Assembly: GCA_030390025.1 (NCBI GenBank)
Contig: CM059432.1
Span: 38,566,001 to 38,630,000, forward strand
Length of the DNA: 64,000 nt
Source of the DNA: Squalus acanthias
Taxonomy: Eukaryota
Direction: 5' to 3'
A model generated the notes under the pieces. That model ran no database searches and was not told the origin of the DNA. It saw only the letters and a program-made list of their open reading frames with translations. This document shows positions 13,280 through 24,961 of the stretch, piece after piece (within the stretch, counting starts at the first letter, position 1; the number at the start of each line of letters is the position of its first letter). The translations under genes were made by a program, and so were the position numbers.

Positions 13280-16200
13280 TTAGGAGGTGTGGACGAGACA
13301 GTGCGGCGGTCTGATGGGCCGGCCAGAGCGGCTCTTGTAGGACGCCGGTGGATGTGGAACGGCCGGGCGTGGAGCAGCCGGGTGAACCGGCTTGAGGGCA
13401 GGTCGGCCGCGTGGAGGTGGATGAGCTACAGGGACCTGCTCACCGGGCTCCGAGTGTGCTGGCTTGAGTCGGTCAACCGACACTTTTTCGGTCCTGTCGC
13501 CCACTTGCAGGGTGAAAAATTTGTCCCCAGCCTGTAGCACCTTGTAGGGACCGTCATACGGGAGTTGAAGGGGTCCGCGGTGGGCGTCGTGCCGGATGAA
13601 AACAAACCGTGCCTGGTGCAAGCTTAGTGCGACGTGTGAGGTGGATTCGCCGTGTCGGGCAATGGGCACCGGGGCGAACTGCAGCGCCGGTGAGGCGAAG
13701 TCGTGGCGTTGCTGGTCGGCTGACCAGGGTGTCGTGGCGGTGGGCAGGAACTCGCCGGGTACGCGCAGCAGCTGACCGTACATGAGCTCTGCTGCCGATG
13801 CGTGGAGGTCTTCTTTAACCGCGGTGCGCAGGCCGAGGAGGACCCACGGAAGTCGATCGGTCCAGGCGCCATCTTGGAGGCTGGCTCGAAGAGATGCCTT
13901 CAAGGATCTGTGGAACCGTTCTCACAGTCCGTTGGCTTGCGGGTGGTACGCTGTGGTGCGGTGAATGGTCACCCCGAGATTGCGTGCGACGGCAGTCCAG
14001 AGTTCAGACGTAAATTGCAGACCTCTGTCCGAGGTCATGTCGGAGGGGACGCCGAACCGTGTGACCCAGGTGCTGACGAAGGCTCTGGCGATGTCGGCGG
14101 TGGTGGTAGAGGTCAGTGGAATTGCCTCAGGCCAGCGTGTGGTGCGGTCAACGATGGTCAGCAAGTGCGTGTGGCCTTGCGATGGCTGCAGGGGCCCGAC
14201 GATGTCCACGTGGATGTGGTCGAATCTCCGCGAGGGGACGGTAAACTCCTCGAGGGGTGCTTTCATGTGTTGCTGTACCTTGGCCCGTTGGCAGGCTAGG
14301 CAGGAGTTGGCCCAAGTACGCACATCCTTGCGAAGGCCGCGCCAGACGAAGCGGTTGGCTACCAATTTGATGGATGCGCGGGCACCGGGGTGGGAGAGGT
14401 TACGGAGAATGTCGAATACCCGGCGGCGCCAGGACGCTGGGACGACGGGCCGAGGTTGACATAGGGATATGTCGCACTTGACCGTGACTGCGGTCGGGCC
14501 ACAGGCGAGTCGGCCAGGCGTAGCCCTGGTAGGTTGGTGGGTACGGAGAGCAGATCAGGGTCGGTGATCTGATCTGCTGCGAGTTGAGCGTAGTCGACAG
14601 CTAGGTGTGCGGCGTGGATGGCGGGGCGGGAGAGGCAGTCGGCTACCACATTGTCTCGGCCGAAGACGTGTTGGATGTCCGTGGTGAACTCGGACACTGC
14701 CGCGAGCTGGCGCTGCTGCCTGGCGGACCAGGGGTCGGTTGTCTTTGCCATTGCGAATGTCAGGGGCTTGTGGTCGACAAACGCAGTGAAGGGGTGGCCC
14801 TCAAGCAAAAACCGGAAATGGCGGACCGCCAGGAACAACGCGAGGAGCTCGCGGTCGAAGGTGCTGTACTTGACCTCCGAGGGGCGTAGTTGGCGGCTGA
14901 AGAAGGCAAGTGGTTGCCAGGCGCCATCGACCCACTGCTCATACACGGCGCCGACCACGTGGTCGGAGGCGTCCGTGGTGAGCGCTACCCTGGCATTGGG
15001 CCATGGGTGCGCTAGCAGGGTGGCGTTGGCGAGCGCGGTCTTGGTGGAATCGAAGGCGGCGGACGCGTCTGCCATCCATTCGACCACCATCTTGCCGCTC
15101 CTGCCCCGGAGGGCTTCATACAGGGGCCTCATGAGGGACGCTGCTTTGGGGATGAAGTGGTTATAGAAATTCACCATCCCGAGGAACTCCTGGAGGCCTT
15201 TGATGGTGGTGGGGCGGGGAAATTGTTGGACGGCCTGCACCTTGGTGGGCAGGGGAATGGTCCCAGCATGGGTGATGTGGTGGCCGAGGAAGTCGATCTT
15301 GTCCAGGCCGAACTGGCATTTGGCTGGGCTGAGGATGAGGCCGTGGTCGCTGAGGTGCCCGAACAGGATGCGAAGGTGTTCGAGGTGTTCCTGCTTGGAG
15401 GAACTGGCTACCAGGATGTCGTCCAGGTAGACGAACAGGAACTTCAGGTCCCGAAGGACCGAGTCCATGAGCCGTTGGAATGCCTGGGCCGCGTTTTTGA
15501 GACCGAAGGGCATCCGCAGGAACTCGAACAGGCCGAAGGGGGTGATTACGGCCGTCTTGGGGACGTCCGCGGGGTGGACGGGGACTTGGTGGTAGCCGCG
15601 CACCAGATCGACCTTGGAAAAGACTGAGCGGCTGGCCAGTCTAGCCGAGAAGTCCTGAATGTGCGGCACGGGGTACCGATCAGGGGTGGTGGCATCATTG
15701 AGGCGGCGGTAATCCCCGCAGGGGCGCCAACCTCCGCCTGGTTTGGGGGCGATGTGGAGTGGGGAGGCCCAGGGACTGTTAGAGCGGCGGATGATGCTGA
15801 GCTGTTCCATGGTGGCAAACTCGGTCCGCGCGATCTCCAGTTTGGCCGGGTCCAGCCTGCGGGCATGGGCGTACACTGGGGGGCCTGTGGTGGGGATGAA
15901 GTGTTCCACCCCGTGTTTGGCGGCCTCCGCGGAGAAGGTCGGATTGGTAAGGGCCGGGAATTCAGCCAGGAGTGCCGAGTAGTCATCCGTGGCCTGGGCG
16001 TGGCACTGTGACGCCATGTCGGCGGGTTGATGGGGGGCCATGGCGCCCAGGATGGGGGACATGTTGTTCATGTCCACGAGGCGGTGATGAGGGATGTCTA
16101 CCAGTAGGCCGTGGGCGCACAGGAAATCTGCGCCGATGAGGGGGGAGAGCACCTTGGCAGTGATGAACTCCCATCGGTAGCGGTGACCAGCGAGGTCGAG

Positions 16201-17090
16201 GGTGACTGTCCGGGTGCCATACGACCGGATTTCCGAGCCGTTAGCAGCAGCCAGCGCCGGTCCTCGTTCGTCCTTTTGGATGTCGAGGGAGGAGGTCGGG
16301 ATGATGCTGTGCTGAGCCCCAGTGTCGCACAGGAACCGGCGGCCGGTTTTGTCATCCGTGACGAACAGCAGGGAGCCCGCGTGGCCCACGGCCATCGCGG
16401 GGGCTGGTACGGGGGCGGACTTGAAAGAGCAGGGAACTGTGCACCGTTGTGCCCTGGCGCCGAACTGTGCGTGGTAGTAACAGTGGCCCGGGTTAGTGGG
16501 GCGTGAAGGCCCCATGGGCCTGGTGGCAGGCCCTTGTGGCCGCGTGCTGGCCGGTGAGGGGCGCGCCCAGGCATTGGCTGCCAGGTCTGGAGTGACGTCG
16601 CGGCTGGAGTGAGCGGACAGCAGCTCGTCGGCCTCATCGGCCAGGGCTTCCAGGTTCGTGAGGCCGGACGCCACGATCGCTGGGCGGATGCTGAGAGGGA
16701 GCTGGCGGATGAACAGCGTGCGGAAGAGGGATCCGGGTGGGCTCTCGTCAGTGAGGGAGAGCATGTGGGAGAGGAGGTCTGATGGTGAGGCATCACCGAG
16801 GCCTGGGAGGTCGAGGAGGTGGCAGTGTCGCTGATATGCCGAGGCCGTAAATTTTTTAAGGAGCGCTGTCTTGAGATGTGCGTACTTGCCTTCCTCTGGT
16901 GGGTTCTGCAGCGTTGTCCAAACCTTCGAAACTGTGGCACTACCGAGTGATGTGACGAGATAGTCGTACTTCGTCCCATCTGTGGTGATGCGTTGCAGCT
17001 GGAAGCGCGATTCAGCTTGGAGAAACCAGGCTTCGGGTTGGTTTTCCCAAAACTCCGGCAGTTTCACGGAAACTGCGTTCGTCCGCCATT
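13280..17090 (-). pseudogene. Gypsy gag-pol polyprotein, slightly disrupted
   Basis: VKLPEFW gag, CYYH..FG..A..C knuckle, LCDTGA protease, YLDD RT, TTDAS RNase H, HVDIVGP/SDRG/YHPQANG integrase; frameshift near 14480 and in-frame TGA at ~13922. Confidence 0.9.
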
Positions 17091-17114
17091 GCAGTGCTCG
17101 GAATACGTTCTGAG

Positions 17115-17128
17115 CGTCGGGGTCACCA
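17115..17128 (-). promoter_or_regulatory. Primer binding site complementary to the tRNA-Trp 3' end
   Basis: TGGTGACCCCGACG 1 nt inside the 5' LTR; matches the start of the classical Trp PBS TGGTGACCCCGACGTGAT. Confidence 0.85.
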
Positions 17129-17129
17129 A

Positions 17130-17367
17130 TGTTGTCGCTGCCGTGAAACACGAATTAAGGCTGAATCCATGTGTGTTAAACAAGAGACTTTTTAATCACA
17201 GCATGGCACAAAATGGCTGAACAGAAAAGCTCCCAGAATTCTCTGGGCAAACCCTGAGGCCCTGCCCACTCCTGCCTTAAAGGTAAGGTGCCTTAAAGGG
17301 AAGGTTTTGGATATTTGTCCACGGACGGAAGAGTGGATAATGCCCGTTTAGGTGGCGATCCGCCACA
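17130..17367 (-). repeat. Gypsy 5' LTR
   Basis: Direct repeat of 13022-13259; followed by PBS on the minus strand. Confidence 0.95.
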
Positions 17368-17655
17368 CTGCCCTACATTACAACAACTGCTTGGGGGCCT
17401 ATAAACAACTCCCACCACTGTTTTCTGCCCCTTGCTGTTTCTTAGCTCCACCCAAACTGATTCTACTTCTTGATTTTCAGAGCCAAGATCCTTTCTCTCT
17501 ACTGACTTTATCCCATCCTTTATTATCAGGGCTAGCCCTTCTCCTTTTCCATTTTGGCTATCTCTTCTAAAAGTTAAGTATCCTGGAATATTTAGTTCCC
17601 AACCTTGGCCACACTGCAACCACGTCTCCGTAATGGCTATTAGATCAAAACTAAT

Positions 17656-18421
17656 GGCCCAGAAATTCGCTTCTCCAGCTTGCCGCGGGGGTAAGGATCG
17701 CGTGCGCTCTTACCTACCACACCTGCCGTTGTGTTCTGGGCCCACGGGAACTTCAGCTCCTGGTCCTGCTCCAAGAGCCGGCGCGCAGTGCTTGCGTGTC
17801 CCAGGGGCGTAGTTAGTGCGATGCGTCCCCTGGGATCATGTGGGCCATGGAGAGCCAATGGCAGCAGACCATCCTTCATTCATAGATTTGACAGGAGACC
17901 TGTCAAATCTGTGAATTGAAATCGGCCCCAAAAGAACAGCTAAACTTCAAATATTTTTTTTTAAAAACCCATCACATTTATAAAATAACTATAGTTAAAT
18001 AAATTAACCACTTTAAACAAAAGTTAAAATTTTTGAAAAAATTTAAAGTATTTTTTAAAAGTGATAAAAATAAACTTACCTTTCTTTAAAGTATCTAAAA
18101 AAGATAAACCTGTTGAAAAAAATTTAAAATTATACTTAATTAACCACTTACCTTGTTGAAAACGGGTCTTGCGCCTCCTTTTTAATAGCATAGTTTCTTC
18201 AATACTTACCCTCGCGTAGAAACCTGAAAAAAAATCTAAGTTTGCTGCGTGCGCGCAACCTCTAGCGCGCACGCAGTTCACCTGGGAACCGCCCCCTTCA
18301 CCATACCGGAAGTTCCGGTTTCCCGCGTATGCGCAGTGCATGCAGGAAACCGGCACTTCGGGACGCATTACGGGTGAGTACGGACTGTGTACTCACCCGG
18401 GAAGGGCCGAATTTTTGGCCC
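17656..18421. mobile_element. MITE family B, copy 2
   Basis: TIR GGCCCAGAAATTCG...CGAATTTTTGGCCC; exact AAT TSD; interrupts the CR1 endonuclease. Confidence 0.9.
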
Positions 18422-18816
18422 AATAATTTCTATCTGCGCTATTAATTCATCTATTTTGTTGCGAATGCTTCATGCACTCAGATATAGTGCCTTTAGTTTT
18501 GACTTATTTCTATTTTTCTCTGATGTCCCCTTAGTCACTGATGCCTTATTACCTTGTTACTCTCTCTGTCCCTTCCTGACTCACTCTGCTTATTTTTACC
18601 TGCCTGACTGCAGTCACACACTCCTGTCCCTGACCACTAACCAGACCTGTAACACGACCTAACCTAATGGGTGTGACTGCCTCCTGTCAGTTAACTCTCC
18701 CTTTCCCTGATGCCCCGCAATGTCTGCACCTCAGACTCCAACTCAAAAACTCTGAGCTGAAGTTCCTCAAGATGCAGGCACTTACTGCAAACATGGTTGT
18801 CACCCCGGTAGCACCC

Positions 18817-19525
18817 CAGTAGAAAAATTCCCCTTTGCTCCCTACAGTAGCGCCAGGTGAAGGTAGCAACTGCTGCAAGCGACGTGAGCAGGGCGGCCGG
18901 CCGCCAGCGGGCTGGAGGTTAAAGGTGACGTAGCTGGCCGCCCTGAAAAAAGTCAGCTTTTTTTAAAAAATTTCTTTTTGCTCTGGACGTGGGGTCCGTG
19001 CCGTGATCGGTCAGCCTGGCACTCTGCTTGAGTGCTGGGCTGATCACGTGGCAGCCCCGCTCCCCGGTGCTGCAGGTAAGTTAAAAAAACACTGCAGAGT
19101 TCGCAGCGTGGGGCCCTTCCCTTTAATTCAGGGAAGAGCCCCCGCAACGCATTAGCTGAGCCGTGCACCCCGGGTCATGAACATAGAAACATAGAAACAT
19201 AAAAGATAGGAGCAGGAGTAGGCCATTCAGCCCCTCGAGCCTGCTCCGCCATTCAATGAGATCATGGCTGATCATCCAAATTCAGTACCCTGTCCCTGCC
19301 TTTTCCACATATCCCTTGATCCCTTTAGCCTTAAGAAATATATCTAACCTCCCCCCCACTTGCGCTCCAAGAAGGAAGTGGAGTGCTTGATTTAGCGCTC
19401 CACTTCCCTCTTGGAGCAAAAAGTGGGAATTTTAGAAAGGCTGGACGAGGTTAGCGCCTGGCGCTAACTTTTCCAGCTTTTCTGATTTAGCACCCCAAAC
19501 AGGGCTCGATGGGAATTTCTAGCCC
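18817..19525. mobile_element. Probable Harbinger-type MITE interrupted by a CR1 3' tail (19178-19348, minus)
   Basis: AAAATTCCC...GGGAATTTCTAGCCC ends; TTAGCGCCTGGCGCTAA motif shared with family A. Confidence 0.5.
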
Positions 19526-19554
19526 TTATTTTTTTTTTAATTATTCATTTATGG

Positions 19555-20582
19555 GAGGTGGACGTCGCTTGCAAGGCCAGCATTTATTGCCCATCCCTAA
19601 TTGCCCTTGAGAAGGTGGTGCTAAGCCGCCTTCTTGAACCGCTGCAGTCTGTGTGGTGAAGGTACTCCCACAGTGCTGTTAGGGAGGGAGTTCCAGGATT
19701 TTGACCCAGCGACAATGAAGGATCGGCGATATACTTCTAAGTCAGGATGGTGTGTAACTTGGAGGGGAACTTGGAGGTCGTGGTGTTCCCATGCATCTGC
19801 TGCCCTTGTCCTTCTAGGTGGAAGAAGTCGCGAGTTTGGGTGGTGGTGCCGAAGAAGCCTTGGTGAGTTGCTGTAGTGCATCTTGTAGATGGTACACACT
19901 GCAGCCACGGTACGTCGGTGGTGGAGGGAGTGAATGTTTAAGGTGGTGGATGGGGTACCAATCAAACGGGCTGCTTTGTCCTGGATGGTGTCGAGCTTCT
20001 TGAGTGTTGTTGGAGCTGCACTCATCCAGGCAAGTGAAGAGTATTCCATCACACTCTTGACTTGTGCCTTGTAGATGGTGGAAAGGCTTTGGGGAGTCAG
20101 GAGGTGAGACACTCGCCACAGAATACCTAGCCTCTGACCTGCTCTTGTTGCCACAGTATTTATGTGGCTGGTCCAGTTAAGTTTCTGGTCAATGGTGACC
20201 CCCCCAGGATGTTGATGGTGGGGGATTCGGCGATGGTAATGCTGTTGAATGTCAAGTGGCAGTGGTTAGACTCTCGCTTGTTGGAGATCGTCATTGCCTG
20301 GCACTTCTGTGGCGCGAATGTTACCTGCCACTTATCAGCCCAAGCCTGAATGTCGTCCAGGTCTTGTTGCATGGAGGCATGAACTGCTTCATTATCTGAG
20401 GAGTTGTGAATGGTGCTGAACACTGTGCAGTCATCAGCGAACATCCCCATTTCTGACCCTATGATGGAGGGAAGGTCATTGATGAAGCAGCTGAAGATGG
20501 TTGGACCTAGGACACTGCCCTGAGGAACTCCTGCAGCGATGTCCTGGGGCTGTGATGATTAACCTTCAACCACCACAACCAT
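19555..20582 (-). mobile_element. L2/CR1-superfamily LINE (second family), 3' part
   Basis: [28 protein letters not shown] motifs; similar to 31505-32030 and 55265-57945. Confidence 0.85.
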
Positions 20583-21471
20583 ACTCTAGGAGCTTCACCC
20601 AATTTACAATTATTGACTCGGCTCCCCCGCTCCTGGTGATTAGCACCTATTGAAGACAATCACTTACAGCTGACTAACAGTTAACTGCTATTGGCAGGCA
20701 GCTTCTGTTAACAAATTTCTAAAGTTCTGGGTTAAAATCATAATGTTAAACTAAATTTCACTTTTTATATCTACTACTTACCCCAATACTTACCAGAAAT
20801 TCCCACTCTTCAAAGTTCCCAAATAAAACACTGTTTAAGTACACTCCATTTCAATCTGCTCTTTGCAGACCACTCTGTGCTCATGGTCTGGAAGCCAGCA
20901 GAATTTCCAATATGGTGTCTTGGCAGGAGAAACATGGGCCCCAATATTAATATAAAGGCAGCTTCCGAGCGAGGGGTGCAGGTGGAATTGCGTGTGAGAA
21001 ACCCGAAAGTTAACTGAGTGGGTCAGAATCTGCGATCTAAACTCAATTGTAGCAATGAATTTTGACTTCTGGGTTTAGCGTCTCCAAGCTGCGCAGCGGG
21101 CATGATGCGCACCCACAGGAAGTGACCTCAGCTCTATTTAAAGGGTCAGTGCACAAATGGAAACTGGAGGTGTTCAGGATGGTTCGTAGACATAGAACAA
21201 GGGCAGCACCAAGATTTAATGAGGCCTCTCTGGAATTACTGCAGGCTGCAGTCAGGAGGAGGAGGGACATACTTTTCCCAGGAATGGGAGGAAGAAACCT
21301 GCTGCTCTCACTAAGAAGGCATGGTTGGAGGTAGGTGAGGGGGTGGGCAGCAGGAGCGTTGTGCCCAGGTCATGGATGCAATGTAGAAAGCAATATAATG
21401 ACCGAACCAACTCAGGAAAAATGAGTGCATTTGCTGATTCAACTACCTAATGTGCTTTAAGTCAGCCCCCC

Positions 21472-21572
21472 TTTCTGACGAAGAGTCATCGACCTGAAAC
21501 ATTCACTCTGTTTCTCTCTCCACAGATGCTGCTTGACCTGCTGAGAATTTCCAGCATTTACAGTTTTTATTC
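21472..21572 (+). mobile_element. Short Penelope-related repeat with hammerhead-like core
   Basis: CTGACGA-A-GAGTC ATC GACCT-GAAAC then CTCTCTCCACAGATGCTG...CCTGCTGAG, similar to 49901-50000. Confidence 0.55.
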
Positions 21573-21576
21573 CCTT

Positions 21577-23301
21577 TCATTTAACAGGGTCATTCCTATT
21601 TCCTTTCTTGAAGAGAGGAACAACATTCGCCACTCTCCAGTCCTCTGGCACCATTCCCGTGGTCAGTGAGGACCCAAAGATCAAAGCCAGAGGCTCTGCA
21701 ATCTCCTCCCTTGCCTCCCAAAGAATCCTAGGATATATCCCATCTGGCCCAGGGGACTTATCGACCCTCAGGTTCTTCAAAATTGCTAAAACATCTTCCC
21801 TCAGAACATCTACCACCTCCAGCCTATCCACCTTTATCACACTCCCATCCTCAAGAACATGGCCCCTCTCCTCGGTGAACACTGACGAAAAGTATTCATT
21901 CATCACCTCTCCTATCTCTTCTGACTCCATGCACAAGTTCCCACTACTGTCCTTGACCGGCCCTACCCTCACCCTGGTCATTCTTTTATTTCTCACATAA
22001 GAGTAAAAGGCCTTGGGGTTTTTCTTGATCCGACCCGCCAAGGACTTCTCATGCCCCCTCCTAGCTCTCCTAAGCTCTTTTTTTAGCTCATTCCTTGCTA
22101 CCTTGTACCCCTCAATCGACCCAACTGAACCTTGTTTTCTCATCCTTACATACGCTTCCTTTTTCCTCTTGACTAGACATTCAACCTCTTTTGTGAACCA
22201 TGGTTCTCTCACTCGGCCATTTCCTCCCTGCCTGACAGGGACATACCTATCAAGGACACGCAGTAATTGCTCCATGAAAAAGCTCCACTTTTCGTTTGTG
22301 CCTTTCCCTGATAGTTTCTGTTCCCATCTTATACTCCCTAATTCTTGCCTAATCGCATCATAATTACCCCTCCCCCAATTATAAACCCTGCCCTGCCGTA
22401 TGGCCCTATCCCTCTCCATTGCAATAGTGAACGTTACCGAATTGTGGTCACTATCTCCAAAGTGCTCTCCCACATACAAATCAAACACTTGGCCCGGTTC
22501 ATTACCCAGTACCAAATCCAACGTGGCCCCAGCTCTTGTCGGCCTATCCACATATTGTGTCAGGAAACCCTCCTGCACACACTGTGCAAAAACTATCCCA
22601 TCCGAACTGTTTGACCTATAAAGGTTCCAATCAATATTTGGAAAGTAGAAGTCACCCATGACAACTACTCTGTGACCTCCACACCTATTCATAATCTGCT
22701 TTGCAATTTCTTCCTCCACATCTCTATTACTATTTGGGGGCCTGTAGAAAACTCCTAACAACGTGACCGCTCCTTTCCTATTTCTAACTTCAGCCCATAT
22801 TACCTCAGATGGCAGATCCCCCTCGAACTGCCTTTCTGCCGCTGTTAAACTATCCTTGATTAACAATGCTACTCCTCCACCTTTCTTACCAACTTCCCTA
22901 CTCTTACTGAAACATCTATACCCCGGAACTTCCAACAACCATTCCTGTCCCTGTTCTAACCATGTCTCCGTAATGGCCACCACATCGTAGTCCCAAGTAC
23001 CAATCCACGCTCCAAGTTCTCCTACCTTATTCCGGATGCTCCTTGCATTGAAGTAGACACACTTCAAGCCATCTTCCTGTCTGCCGGTACATTCCTGCGA
23101 CCTTGATACCCTCCTCAGTACCTCCCTACACTCACCACTGGCTCCTGGACTACAGCCCTTTTTCCCATCCCCCTGACAAATTAGTTTAAACCCCCCCGAA
23201 GAGCCGTAGCAAATTTCCCTCCCAGGATATTGGTGCCCCACTGGTTCAGGTGCAAACCGTCCTGTTTGTACAGGTCCCACCTTCCCCAGAATGTGCTCCA
23301 A
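21577..23301 (-). CDS. CR1 ORF2 N-terminal half: APE endonuclease and linker
   Basis: YFNARSIRNK, AITETW, GGGVAL, FYRPP, LDLVL, SDHN; no internal stops. Confidence 0.85.
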   Translation of the reverse strand: MEHILGKVGPVQTGRFAPEPVGHQYPGREICYGSSGGFKLICQGDGKKGCSPGASGECREVLRRVSRSQECTGRQEDGLKCVYFNARSIRNKVGELGAWIGTWDYDVVAITETWLEQGQEWLLEVPGYRCFSKSREVGKKGGGVALLIKDSLTAAERQFEGDLPSEVIWAEVRNRKGAVTLLGVFYRPPNSNRDVEEEIAKQIMNRCGGHRVVVMGDFYFPNIDWNLYRSNSSDGIVFAQCVQEGFLTQYVDRPTRAGATLDLVLGNEPGQVFDLYVGEHFGDSDHNSVTFTIAMERDRAIRQGRVYNWGRGNYDAIRQELGSIRWEQKLSGKGTNEKWSFFMEQLLRVLDRYVPVRQGGNGRVREPWFTKEVECLVKRKKEAYVRMRKQGSVGSIEGYKVARNELKKELRRARRGHEKSLAGRIKKNPKAFYSYVRNKRMTRVRVGPVKDSSGNLCMESEEIGEVMNEYFSSVFTEERGHVLEDGSVIKVDRLEVVDVLREDVLAILKNLRVDKSPGPDGIYPRILWEAREEIAEPLALIFGSSLTTGMVPEDWRVANVVPLFKKGNRNDPVK

Positions 23302-23505
23302 TTATCCACATAACTGAAACCCTCCCCGCTACACAATCCCTGCAGCCACGTGTTTATCTGCACTCTCTCCCTGTTCCTCAACTCGCTAGCACGTGGCACC
23401 GGCAACAAACCAGAAATTACAACATGGTTTGTACTGGCTCTCAGCTTCCAACCTAGCTCCCTAAATTCCTGTTTTAAATCCCCGTCCTTTCTCCTACCTA
23501 TGTCG
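23181..23505 (-). CDS. CR1 ORF1 C-terminal SGNH esterase domain (partial)
   Basis: DIGRRK, VVISGLLP and DGLHLN (SGNH block V) motifs directly upstream of ORF2. Confidence 0.8.
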
Positions 23506-23527
23506 TAGGCCGGTTAGTCTTACTTCG

Positions 23528-24799
23528 GTGGTTGGTAAGATAATGGAAAAGGTCCTGAGGGATAGGATTTATGACCATTTGGAAAGGGGCAACTTAATCA
23601 GGGATAGTCAACACGGATTCGTGAAGGGTAAGTCTTGCCTAACAAATTTGATTGAATTCTTTGAGGAGGTAACTAAGTGTGTAGATGAAGGTAGAGCAGT
23701 TGATGTCGTATACATGGATTTTAGTAAGGCATTTGATAAGGTTCCCCATGGTCGTCTCATGAAGAAAGTAAGGCGTTGTGGGATAGAGGGAAATTTGGCC
23801 GATTGGATAAGTAACTGGCTATCTCATAGAAGGCAGAGGGTGGTGGTGGATGGAACATTTTCGGACTGGAGACCAGTTACCAGCGGTGTGCCACAGGGGT
23901 CGGTGCTGGGTCCTCTGCTGTTTGTGATTTTTATCAATGACTTGGAGGAGGGGACTGAAGGGTGGATCAGTAAATTTGCTGATGACAGCAAGATTGGTGG
24001 AGCAGTGGATGAGGTGGAGGGCTGTTGTAGGCTGCAAAGAGACATTGATAGGATGCAGAGCTGGGCCGAAAAATGGCAGATGGAATTTAACCCTGATAAG
24101 TGCGAGATGATTCATTTTGGTAGGGCAAATTTGAAGAAGGATTACAGGGTCAACGGCAGGGTTCTGAGGAACGTGGAGGAGCAGAGGGATCTGGGGGTTC
24201 ATATCCACAGATCTCTGAAGGTTGCCACTCAAGTGGATAGAGCAGTAAAGAAGGCCTATGGTGTGTTGGCGTTTATTAACAGAGGGTTTGAGTTTAAGAA
24301 CCGTGAGGTTATGCTGCAACTGTACAGGACCTTGGTGAGACCACATTTGGAATATTGTGTGCAGTTCTGGTCACCTCACTATAGGAAGGACGTGGAAGCA
24401 TTGGAAAGAGTGCAAAGGAGATTTACCAGGATGCTGCCTGGTTTGGGGGGGAGGTCTTATGAGGAAAGATTGAGGGAGTTGGGGCTTTTCTCTTTAGAAC
24501 GGAGGAGGATGAGAGGCGACTTAATAGAGGTTTATAAGATGATGAGGGGGATAGATAGAGTGGATGTTCAGAGACTATTTCCTCGAGTAGAGGCAGCTGT
24601 TACAAGGGGGCATAACTATAAGGTGCATGGGGGGAGATATAGAAGGGATGTCCGAGGTAGATTCTTTACTCAGAGAGTGGTTGGGGTGTGGAATGGACTG
24701 CCTGCTGTGATAGTGGAGTCGGACACTTTAGGAACTTTCAAGCGGTTATTGGATAAGCACATGGAGCACACCAGAGTGATAGGGAGTGTGATAGCTTGA
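23528..24799 (+). CDS. CR1 ORF2 C-terminal half: reverse transcriptase
   Basis: [30 protein letters not shown]; no internal stops. Confidence 0.9.
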   Translation: MVGKIMEKVLRDRIYDHLERGNLIRDSQHGFVKGKSCLTNLIEFFEEVTKCVDEGRAVDVVYMDFSKAFDKVPHGRLMKKVRRCGIEGNLADWISNWLSHRRQRVVVDGTFSDWRPVTSGVPQGSVLGPLLFVIFINDLEEGTEGWISKFADDSKIGGAVDEVEGCCRLQRDIDRMQSWAEKWQMEFNPDKCEMIHFGRANLKKDYRVNGRVLRNVEEQRDLGVHIHRSLKVATQVDRAVKKAYGVLAFINRGFEFKNREVMLQLYRTLVRPHLEYCVQFWSPHYRKDVEALERVQRRFTRMLPGLGGRSYEERLRELGLFSLERRRMRGDLIEVYKMMRGIDRVDVQRLFPRVEAAVTRGHNYKVHGGRYRRDVRGRFFTQRVVGVWNGLPAVIVESDTLGTFKRLLDKHMEHTRVIGSVIA

Positions 24800-24961
24800 T
24801 CTTGGTCTCGGACAATGCTCGGCACAACATCGAGGGCCGAAGGGGCTGTACTGTGCTGTACTGTTCTATGTTCTATGTTCATTCTGTCTTGCTAGGTGTT
24901 CTCCATCATATCGCTCCACACACCCACTCAACTTTCAGCAGCACCAGCCTTCACTTTCATG

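Larger units (their letters stand above)
13022..17367 (-). mobile_element. Full-length Ty3/Gypsy LTR retrotransposon
   Basis: Two 238-bp TG...CA LTRs, 4-bp TSD CTGC (13018-21, 17368-71), domain order gag-PR-RT-RH-IN. Confidence 0.97.
7763..18500 (-). mobile_element. Near-complete CR1 ORF2 element split by nested insertions (pieces 7763-8273, 8811-9850, 10397-10590, 12196-13021, 17372-17655, 18422-18500)
   Basis: Pieces rejoin colinearly from the APE endonuclease start (KALYL..SIRNK, GVVYRPP, MGDFN) through RT to the (TTCTTATG)n tail. Confidence 0.9.
21583..24876. mobile_element. Young CR1 LINE with inverted 5' part (21583-23505 minus; 23506-24876 plus)
   Basis: Minus part ends ...PLFKKGNRNDP and plus part resumes RPVSLTSVVGK; 3' tail TTCTATGTTCTATG. 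Confidence 0.9.

Noticed and set aside
13600..17000. Numerous overlapping alternative-frame and antisense ORFs in the Gypsy element
   Set aside because: Expected by-product of high GC content; no motifs recognised.
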